Below, in pieces: positions 9,171 to 16,263 of a stretch of DNA of 64,000 bases; within the stretch, counting starts at the first letter, position 1; every line of letters starts with the position of its first letter. Source of the DNA: an uncultured virus (IMG/VR IMGVR_UViG_3300042519_000373). Lineage: Duplodnaviria; Heunggongvirae; Uroviricota; Caudoviricetes. The position numbers were made by a program, and so were the translations under genes. The DNA is taken from positions 1-64,000 of IMG/VR virus record IMGVR_UViG_3300042519_000373; one strand, given 5' to 3'. The notes under the pieces are model-generated. The model saw nothing but the letters and a program-made list of their open reading frames with translations. It did no database searches and was not told where the DNA came from.

Positions 9171-11354
9171 TTAAATTAATAGATTCCCGTTTAGACCTCT
9201 GATAGCATCTAAGTTTCTTCTGGAGAAATCTGTACTATCACGCATGTAGGCTAGCATTTGTGCTGTTTGCTTATTTAACTGTTGCAGCTCTGTTAACAAA
9301 TCTTTAGAAGGTGCATCAACTGCTGTGTCTGTTTTGGTTTCACTTTTACCAAATATCGATTCTTTAATACTAGCAAACATGTCTTCACCCGGTGATGACT
9401 TAGTTTTTTCAGTTTCCATTTGTTGCATTGCTGCTGCAAATGAGCTTAATTCATTAGATATAATTGATTTGAAGTCCGGCATCTTCATATCCAGATTAAC
9501 GGGGATTTTATTACCATCGGGTAACGGAACAAACGCTTCGTTCTTTCCTACCTCGGCCGCTTTTATTAGCTGGCCGCCTGGTTTGGCTTTAACAATTCCG
9601 CCATCGGCTGCACCCGGAATCGAACCAGAATCATATCCAGTACTATTGTATGCAGCACTATCTGCATCGGGTTGATTTTTTTTACCAAACAAACTAAAAC
9701 TATCCCAAGCCATTTGTAACAGCTTACCAAGTCCTTCTGCGATCTGCTTGCCAACTTTTTCTCTACCCTCTGGAGAGAATAAGTCCTTGACAAAATTAAC
9801 AACCATTTCTAATCCTGCTTTGATCGCCGGCATATTTTCTTTTGCAAACTGTATCATTTTTTGAGCAAGATCTTGTATGACAGGTGTTAGTTCTTTTATA
9901 ACAGGCATTAGTGTGGCCATGAACTCGGCACTTAAATTCTTAAATGCCTGTTCTGTTTCGGCTGCTTGAGCCGCTGTACTTTGTTCTCTTGCTTTTTGAC
10001 TTGTTGCAATCTCTTGTTGTAGTTTATCAAAATCTTCAGCACTTCTAACCTGCTTGCTGTTTAATAAATTTGCATTTTTTTGTGCCTGCATTGCAGCTTC
10101 AGCATTTGCACCGCCCGTCATACTCATTGCAGCCATTTGTTCTTTGCCAAGATTCTTAGCATCTTGAGCACTGCCAATCATTGCTTGACTATAGGACTTG
10201 TTTACATCTTTAAGACCTTTACTAGTGTCTTTAACAGCATTGCCCATATCTGCAACACCTTTAGCAGCGTTAGGCAGTAGTGCAGTGAAACTTTGTGCAG
10301 CTTCTGTCATTGGAGGCAACCCCATTAACTGAGATTTTAATGCATCTGCTGCACCTTTACCACCAACAGCTAAAGCGTTTTGCATAGCGGCTGTGGCTTT
10401 CGCACGTCCTTCTTCGTCTAATGTCTGTAGATAAGATTCGTATGCTGCGTTTGCTGTTGCTTCTTGTAAAGCCTTTTCTTGTTGCTCTCTACTCTGACCA
10501 GTGATACTGGCCAGCATATCTAACTGTGTCATATAAGCACCGGCACTTGCTGCCAATGCTTTAGTGTTCTTCATTTCTTCGGCAGTTCTACCACCAGTCA
10601 TCTTTAAGTAATTTGCAGTACTACCATTTATGTCATCAATAGAATAACCTAGAGCACGTAGATTTTTACCTACATCACTGTTACGAATATCTTTAGATAA
10701 GTTAACAAAGTTCTTAGCACCGTCATTAACAGTGCCGCCCATTTGTGCAAACAATTTAGAATTTTCACCAACTAATTTTCCAAAGCCTTCTAACGATGTG
10801 CCCATTTCTAAAGCAGTTAATCTAATGTCGGCTAACTCACCTCCTAAGTTCACTCCTGCTTTGGTAATTTGACGATATGCTTCGAGCTCTGCTTCCTGCA
10901 TTTCTACCAATTTTTGGAACAACCCAGCAACTGCACCTATACCAAAAGGTAGATCTTTAAACGCACCGAATACATCACTAACTGATCCTTTACCGTCGAG
11001 CATCTTGCCCGCAAGGTCCATTAGATTCTTTCCAGTCTGTACCCCTCCTGCAACTATATCTCCAAGTACTCCGCCTAATAACATTGCACCTTTAGACAAC
11101 CCGCTAAACGCTGTGCCTAAGACCTTACCTGCCACTGATCCTGCTTGTGCAGCAGGACCCATTTGTTGTAAACCTTTGTTAGCTGCGGCAATAGCCTGAG
11201 GATTAACTCCTGCTTGGCCAGCTGTGCCCGATAACTTTGAAAGTGCAGACTGCTGACCTTTTAGGGCCGCTAGTATGTCTTTTAAGGTCGCTTCTGTGGC
11301 TGCATTATCTAGTGCAACATCTTGATCACCTATTCTACCGGTTACGTCAGCCAT
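9171..11354 (-). CDS. Probable tail tape measure protein
   Basis: 727-aa Ala/Gly/Gln-rich, predominantly helical; C-terminal 'ADGGIV...AAEVGKNEAFVPL' motif typical of tape measure proteins; next to the gp26/gp51-like pair. Confidence 0.7.
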   Translation of the reverse strand: MADVTGRIGDQDVALDNAATEATLKDILAALKGQQSALSKLSGTAGQAGVNPQAIAAANKGLQQMGPAAQAGSVAGKVLGTAFSGLSKGAMLLGGVLGDIVAGGVQTGKNLMDLAGKMLDGKGSVSDVFGAFKDLPFGIGAVAGLFQKLVEMQEAELEAYRQITKAGVNLGGELADIRLTALEMGTSLEGFGKLVGENSKLFAQMGGTVNDGAKNFVNLSKDIRNSDVGKNLRALGYSIDDINGSTANYLKMTGGRTAEEMKNTKALAASAGAYMTQLDMLASITGQSREQQEKALQEATANAAYESYLQTLDEEGRAKATAAMQNALAVGGKGAADALKSQLMGLPPMTEAAQSFTALLPNAAKGVADMGNAVKDTSKGLKDVNKSYSQAMIGSAQDAKNLGKEQMAAMSMTGGANAEAAMQAQKNANLLNSKQVRSAEDFDKLQQEIATSQKAREQSTAAQAAETEQAFKNLSAEFMATLMPVIKELTPVIQDLAQKMIQFAKENMPAIKAGLEMVVNFVKDLFSPEGREKVGKQIAEGLGKLLQMAWDSFSLFGKKNQPDADSAAYNSTGYDSGSIPGAADGGIVKAKPGGQLIKAAEVGKNEAFVPLPDGNKIPVNLDMKMPDFKSIISNELSSFAAAMQQMETEKTKSSPGEDMFASIKESIFGKSETKTDTAVDAPSKDLLTELQQLNKQTAQMLAYMRDSTDFSRRNLDAIRGLNGNLLI

Positions 11355-11380
11355 TGTTATTTTCCAGGATTCTATGCGTA

Positions 11381-11388
11381 TATAAATA
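11381..11388 (+). promoter_or_regulatory. T4-type late promoter
   Basis: Exact TATAAATA 42 nt upstream of the gp26-like start. Confidence 0.75.
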
Positions 11389-11409
11389 ATACACAGAGTT
11401 TTACTAGAT

Positions 11410-11416
11410 TATTTAT
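11410..11416 (-). promoter_or_regulatory. T4-type late promoter (tape measure/portal direction)
   Basis: ATAAATA on the minus strand upstream of ATG 11354. Confidence 0.6.
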
Positions 11417-11430
11417 CGGAGAATCAAAAC

Positions 11431-12300
11431 ATGGTTACACCTCACAAAATTGCACCAAACCCGTTAATGGCACAAATGCGTCAGCCAAAAATTTATATTC
11501 GCTTGCCTAGCAACGGAGAGTTTTGGGAGAACGGCAGTTTGGAGCAAACTGAAAACGGTGAGTATCCTGTGTACTCTATGACTGCACAAGACGAGTTAAA
11601 ACTAAAAATTCCAGATGCACTGATGAATGGACAGGCAGTTGTTGATGTACTTCAGCACTGTGTTCCTAACATTAAGAATGCATGGGCAGTTCCTAATATT
11701 GACATGGATGTGCTGCTGATTGCTATTCGTATTGCTACCTATGGTGAGAAGATGAGTGTGCCTATTAAGCTAGGATCTGAAATTGATTATGAGTACGAAC
11801 TAGATCTTCGACTGGTAGTTGATCAGTTAATGAACAATATTGCTTGGGATCCAATTGTTCCAATCAATGAAAATTTAATTGTACATGTTCGTCCTATTAC
11901 CTATAAGACTATGACACAGGGTGCTTTGCAGACTTTTGAAACTCAAAAAATTATTCAAGTTGTCAATGACGAAAGTGTAGCGGAAGAAGATAAAATTAGA
12001 ATCTTCAAAGAAAGTTTTGCTAAACTTAACAAGTTAACACTGGGTGTTATTACAGAGTCTATCTTTAATATTGAATCATCAAATGGTGGCACTAGTGACC
12101 GTAAACATATTCAAGAGTTTATGGACAACGTAGATAAAGAAATCTTTGATAAAGTTAAAGGGCACATTGATATTCTTAGAGAGCACAATGCTATTAAACC
12201 TTTAAAGATTGCTGTTACTGACGAAATGCGAGCAATCGGAATTACTGACGAAGAAATTGAAGTTCCGTTGAACTTCGATCCATCAAATTTTTTCGGTTAA
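11431..12300 (+). CDS. gp26: Baseplate hub assembly protein (gp26-like) / tail assembly chaperone
   Basis: 'IYIRLPSNG', 'VYSMTAQDEL', 'DMDVLLIAIRIATYGE', C-terminal 'NFFG'. Confidence 0.8.
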   Translation: MVTPHKIAPNPLMAQMRQPKIYIRLPSNGEFWENGSLEQTENGEYPVYSMTAQDELKLKIPDALMNGQAVVDVLQHCVPNIKNAWAVPNIDMDVLLIAIRIATYGEKMSVPIKLGSEIDYEYELDLRLVVDQLMNNIAWDPIVPINENLIVHVRPITYKTMTQGALQTFETQKIIQVVNDESVAEEDKIRIFKESFAKLNKLTLGVITESIFNIESSNGGTSDRKHIQEFMDNVDKEIFDKVKGHIDILREHNAIKPLKIAVTDEMRAIGITDEEIEVPLNFDPSNFFG

Positions 12301-12305
12301 GGCTT

Positions 12306-12524
12306 TTGTCTCTTAGCTTAGAAGAAATTCAAAAGCTAAGTGAGTCGATGGAGAAGGAGGCAAAAGCCTTAAAGAATCAGATCTATCAGATGATGTGGTT
12401 TATGCGTGGTAGCATAACCATATCTGAGGCTTTTGAACTTGAGGGTGAGGACTTAGAAATAATTGGTAGGATTATCAAAGACAATCTCGAAACTACCAAA
12501 AAAACAAGACTGCCGTTCTTTTAA
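12306..12524 (+). CDS. gp51-like hub assembly protein; possibly expressed as a -1 frameshift extension of the gp26-like ORF
   Basis: 'MMWFMRGSITISEAFEL' segment; TTG start with no clear RBS; its frame is open back through the slippery site at 12285-12294. Confidence 0.65.
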   Translation: MSLSLEEIQKLSESMEKEAKALKNQIYQMMWFMRGSITISEAFELEGEDLEIIGRIIKDNLETTKKTRLPFF

Positions 12525-13432
12525 ATTATTTTACCTAAGAAGTTACTGTAGAATTCAACGCTTTCACGTTGAACATTTTGTTTGAATACAGGATTACCTT
12601 GTGCATCAGCACCTGCCATTGTTGATCCACCACCGCCCTGTACATATTGATTAAATCCGCTTTGTGTCTTTGCTGCGGTGCCTTGTTTGGCTTTTAATCT
12701 AGCTTTCAATGCATTTTGATCTTTAGTTGAAAGTTTATCTGCTGCCGGAGCAGGTGCTTGCCCTGCTGGCGGAGTAGTAGCTGCCGGTGCTGCCGCCGCT
12801 GGTGCTTCAGGTGCTGCTGCTGGTGCTTCAGGTGCTGCTGCTGGTGCTTCAGGTGCCGCCGCTGGTGCTTCAGGTGCTGCTGCTGGTGCTTCAGGTGCTG
12901 CTGCTGGTGCTTCAGGTGCCGCTGCTTGCCCACCTTTTTGCAATGTTGTTAATAATTGTTTTTTGCTTGCAGGATCTAATTTGTCAATTTGTGCTTTTAA
13001 AGAAGCAATAGCCGGATTTGCTGCTGGCTGTTGAGTTGCTGCACCACCTCCGTTTCCGCCTTGACCCGCTGCTGCCGGAGCTGCTGTTGCACCTTGACCT
13101 GCTGTTGGACCAGCTTGTGTTGGTGCAGGTTGAGTGTTTGCTGCTGGTTGCCCACTTGGTTGGCCTGCTGCTGCTGCGGCAGGTGCTGCTGTTGTACCTT
13201 GTCCTGCTGCTGGTCCTGCTGCCGGTGCTGTATCTCCTGCGGCACCTACAGTTGCTTTGCCTGCTTGATATCCTTTCTTGGCAGCATTCCATGCACCTGC
13301 TACACCGCCTGCTACAGCACCTACGCCTTTAGCTACTGTGCCTACTGCATTGCCTGCCATAGATCCTAACTTGTTTAAAATTGGACCTTCTTCAATAGGT
13401 TCACGAGTTTCAACTAATTCTATAATTTTCAT
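12521..13432 (-). CDS. Low-complexity Ala/Pro/Gln-rich protein, probable internal head protein
   Basis: 303 aa; N-terminal 'MKIIELVE...IEEG' resembles prohead-protease-processed proteins; AGGA RBS. Confidence 0.55.
   Translation of the reverse strand: MKIIELVETREPIEEGPILNKLGSMAGNAVGTVAKGVGAVAGGVAGAWNAAKKGYQAGKATVGAAGDTAPAAGPAAGQGTTAAPAAAAAGQPSGQPAANTQPAPTQAGPTAGQGATAAPAAAGQGGNGGGAATQQPAANPAIASLKAQIDKLDPASKKQLLTTLQKGGQAAAPEAPAAAPEAPAAAPEAPAAAPEAPAAAPEAPAAAPEAPAAAAPAATTPPAGQAPAPAADKLSTKDQNALKARLKAKQGTAAKTQSGFNQYVQGGGGSTMAGADAQGNPVFKQNVQRESVEFYSNFLGKII
12798..12923. repeat. 21-bp coding tandem repeat x6 (APEAPAA)
   Basis: GCTGGTGCTTCAGGTGCYGCY repeated six times. Confidence 0.9.
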
Positions 13433-13445
13433 ATGTTTTTCCTGA

Positions 13446-14840
13446 TCACGCTTGGACGTAAGCTAAAATTTCTTTTTGTTCAGCAGCACTTAAATTTGAA
13501 ATCTGTGCTAACAATTCTTCTATATTTACCGTTTCGCCTGTAGGGTCTGCTGATGTAGAACTAACTTCAATTCCTAGATCAGCAAATGCAGTTGCTACCA
13601 GTTGTTTATCAACTCCTGCACCAACTAAAATCTGTTTAATTTCTTCGCTGTCCGTAGGGCTTCCTGCTTTAGTCCACGCTTTTTCTAACTTGCTAGCATC
13701 TACTTTGTTGCCCGTGATGCCAAACAATTCGTTTAGTTGTGCTCTGTTTAAGGACTCTGCTACTGGTTTAGGTGCAGTTGGCGGAGTTTCACCAACTCCT
13801 GCTGCTGCTTGCCCTGCTGCGGCACCGCCAACAGCCGATGCTGCCTGTGTTAGACCTTTGATCCACTGCAACAGGCTGTCATTGCTTAATGCAATATCTT
13901 TTGCAGCACCTGCAATATCTTTCATTTGTGCTTTATAATCTGCAGAATGAACTAATCTTCCAAGTCGTTGAAGTTCAGTAAATGCTGTAGTATCTCCATT
14001 TTGCATAGCATTCACAGCCGATCTAATTCCCGATGCTGCATCCGCATCAACAGTTACATTAAATCCCTGTGTCATCTCAGTATGTTCCATGCCAAACGAA
14101 CTTAACTTTCTTGTTGCCTTGTAACTTATTTGTTCGAGTCCGGTATCACCAATTGGAATAGATTTTTCACGCAGGCCAGCTGCCCACTCACCAATACCTG
14201 CCATTGCGGCTGCGGTAATGCCTGCAACAATGCCTGCTGTTGCTCCACGACCAATCGCTGTACTGGCTTTCTGTCCTTGAAGTAAACGATCAGCAATATT
14301 AATAATACCAGCAGCAATACCTGCACCTGTACCCACAGCCAGGACACCTGCACCAATACCGCCTGCTAAAGCAACTCCTAATGCTGCGGCGGCAGAACCC
14401 GCAATACCTAACAAGAACTTGTGTAGCTTAGGATTGTTCTTAGCAAACTCTCCGTACTTGGCCAACTTAGCTGCCAGTTCCGGATTCTTTGCAGCAATCT
14501 TTGATTTAATATCTTCAAACTTCTGATCAAACGCTGCTACAGGACTGCTACTTTGTAACATTCCTCCAAACTTATTAAACCAAACATCACTAATTTTATC
14601 TTTTGCACCCTTTAGTGCATCACCTGTCTTACCTAATGCACTACGGCCAGCACCCTTTTCGATAGAAGTGAATAACTGCTTTACCTGTTCAGGATCCATG
14701 GCTACTTCACATAGCACCGGATGTATTTCTCGTTCCCAGGTTTCAAAGTAAGCATCACCACAACCTAGGCTTTCAAAGATACTAACTCTTTGATTGCTTT
14801 CAATCACATCTAATTTTTTGATAAGTGCTGATATATCCAT
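13446..14840 (-). CDS. Hypothetical virion protein with a long Gly/Ala hydrophobic segment (possible ejection/membrane-interacting protein)
   Basis: 464 aa; 'FLLGIAGSAAAALGVALAGGIGAGVLAVGTGAGIAAGIINI'; exact TATAAATA upstream. Confidence 0.55.
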   Translation of the reverse strand: MDISALIKKLDVIESNQRVSIFESLGCGDAYFETWEREIHPVLCEVAMDPEQVKQLFTSIEKGAGRSALGKTGDALKGAKDKISDVWFNKFGGMLQSSSPVAAFDQKFEDIKSKIAAKNPELAAKLAKYGEFAKNNPKLHKFLLGIAGSAAAALGVALAGGIGAGVLAVGTGAGIAAGIINIADRLLQGQKASTAIGRGATAGIVAGITAAAMAGIGEWAAGLREKSIPIGDTGLEQISYKATRKLSSFGMEHTEMTQGFNVTVDADAASGIRSAVNAMQNGDTTAFTELQRLGRLVHSADYKAQMKDIAGAAKDIALSNDSLLQWIKGLTQAASAVGGAAAGQAAAGVGETPPTAPKPVAESLNRAQLNELFGITGNKVDASKLEKAWTKAGSPTDSEEIKQILVGAGVDKQLVATAFADLGIEVSSTSADPTGETVNIEELLAQISNLSAAEQKEILAYVQA

Positions 14841-14864
14841 TATTATTTCCGAAATATTATTGTA

Positions 14865-14872
14865 TATTTATA
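14865..14872 (-). promoter_or_regulatory. T4-type late promoter
   Basis: Exact TATAAATA on the minus strand, 24 nt upstream of ATG 14840. Confidence 0.75.
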
Positions 14873-15350
14873 ATGAGCTTACGCTCATTTGCTTCTTCGC
14901 TTACGCTCGAAGCAATTTAGTTATATGATATATGCGTAGCATTTAAATATTATCTAGATTAATCGGTCACACTTAGCCCAGGCAAGGGCTAAGAAAAAAC
15001 TGCATTATCTGAGTAGCACAGTCACATAGTGTTAGAACTATTAGCATTTCTGCTAGCGTAGGCGGTTGACCGATACCTACTCGCTCTGTCTTATTTCAAC
15101 GGCGGCTTACAAATATACACTATCATATTTGTAAAGCGTGGAGTTTCTGTTATTACTCCATCCTTGGGCCTTATTTTAACTCTATTCAAACAATCAAACC
15201 GCAGGCATTTTGCGATCGTGGTCCGGTTAGGATACTGATTGAGTGCTTACTTCAGCGGTAAGACTTCGGATTCCTGCGACACGATGTCCAGGTTTCTACT
15301 GTTCGGCACACGATATTAGCCTGTGCGAGCTATAACTGAATTAAGTTGCC
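14872..15350 (-). ncRNA. Putative large structured non-coding RNA downstream of the GIY-YIG gene
   Basis: ~480 nt with no ORF in the supplied track, in an otherwise gene-dense genome; more than ten inverted repeats, GNRA loops on the minus strand, crossing long-range complementarities. Confidence 0.65.
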
Positions 15351-15782
15351 TTAAAGTTTGGATTTAATGTGTGAGCCATGTACACGGACAGAAATTTGTC
15401 CATTGTAATATTCGTCGGATTCTAATACTTTGCGGTCGAATTGTTCTCGGGCCTCAACGTAAGATGTTTCTGCTTTGCTTTTACAGTAATGTAATATTTC
15501 GCGGGTGAATTTGTCTTTGCCTAAAGCGTCTATGTCTTTAGATAGTTCAACGCTGGATCCGTAGTATTCCTGCCAGTCGCTGTCAATTTTACTTCTAATT
15601 TTCTTTTTCTTCTTGGTGCCGTTCTTTAACTTTACAGTCTTGTAGGTCGTTTTACTAAATTTTGCTAACTTTTTGCCGATATAACGGCGACCTGTGACTG
15701 TATTAGTAATGCAATAAACAAAACCAATACAGTCTTCAGGTAATTCTAAGACTTCAGCACTCTGATAAGTCCAGTTGTTCAA
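15351..15782 (-). CDS. Minimal GIY-YIG family nuclease-like protein
   Basis: 'GFVYCITNTVTGRRYIGKK', 'YYGSS', 'FTREIL', 'E...YYN'; TTG start abuts the upstream stop; no C-terminal DNA-binding domain. Confidence 0.85.
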   Translation of the reverse strand: MNNWTYQSAEVLELPEDCIGFVYCITNTVTGRRYIGKKLAKFSKTTYKTVKLKNGTKKKKKIRSKIDSDWQEYYGSSVELSKDIDALGKDKFTREILHYCKSKAETSYVEAREQFDRKVLESDEYYNGQISVRVHGSHIKSKL

Positions 15783-15977
15783 TTACTTTGCCGCCTTGGC
15801 TTCCTTGCGAGCATTCTTTTCAGCAGTAATTTCGTTACGGCGAGCCTTTACAGCCTTGCTCATTTCACCTAATGCCTTGCGAGCACGAGTACCAGCAGCA
15901 CTGTTACCTGCTGTAAACTTTGCATCTTCGGCCATGTATGCATCAAATGCAGCTTGTAGTTCATTTTGTGTTGACAT
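15783..15977 (-). CDS. Histone H1-like (Hc1 family) protein (start revised to ATG 15977)
   Basis: 'GNSAAGTRARKAL' is the Hc1-family signature; AAGGA RBS precedes ATG 15977; Lys/Ala tail. Confidence 0.75.
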   Translation of the reverse strand: MSTQNELQAAFDAYMAEDAKFTAGNSAAGTRARKALGEMSKAVKARRNEITAEKNARKEAKAAK

Positions 15978-16263
15978 TTTGTTTTTCCTTAAGTTCTTTT
16001 CTTTTAGCTTTTGCTTCTTTCTTTGCCTTGAGCGAAGCCTTGTACTCAAGTCTTTGGCCTTTCAAATACACCTTATGGTCTCTTTGAAACTGCATTACAA
16101 CTTTTCGAAGTTGGTTTAGATCATTTTCTAAAGCTATAATGGCATGCCTAACTTTCAATGCAGATGTCTGATTTGGCTTGTTTTGCAAATGCATATTAGC
16201 ATTATGCATGGTTACTAAATCGTTTACAACCTGCTTGTATAGTTCTGTGTACTTGTTTAGCAT
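15961..16263 (-). CDS. Basic helical protein, possible divergent Hc1-like paralog
   Basis: 100 aa; 'NQTSALKVRHAI' aligns by eye with 'NSAAGTRARKAL'; Lys-rich C-terminus. Confidence 0.5.
   Translation of the reverse strand: MLNKYTELYKQVVNDLVTMHNANMHLQNKPNQTSALKVRHAIIALENDLNQLRKVVMQFQRDHKVYLKGQRLEYKASLKAKKEAKAKRKELKEKQNVNTK

Noticed and set aside
12798..12923. CRISPR-like array
   Set aside because: The repeats are contiguous 21-mers with no spacers and encode in-frame APEAPAA; the same holds for 6474-6545 and 48034-48098.
12706..13369. Several overlapping ORFs (His/Gln-, Cys- and Leu-rich) in other frames
   Set aside because: Shadows of the GC-rich, stop-poor repeats in the 12521-13432 gene; no RBS or plausible product.
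14841..15350. Group I/II intron, tmRNA, RNase P RNA or tRNA cluster as the explanation for the structured gap
   Set aside because: It does not interrupt a gene, and I could not find the group I P7 elements, a group II domain V, tRNA-like ends with a T-loop, or the GAGGAAAGUCC of RNase P. An Rfam/Infernal search is still needed to be sure.
15351..15782. Ordinary mobile homing endonuclease or intron-encoded ORF
   Set aside because: It lacks the C-terminal DNA-binding domain, abuts the upstream gene as part of an operon and is not inside an interrupted gene. Not fully excluded.
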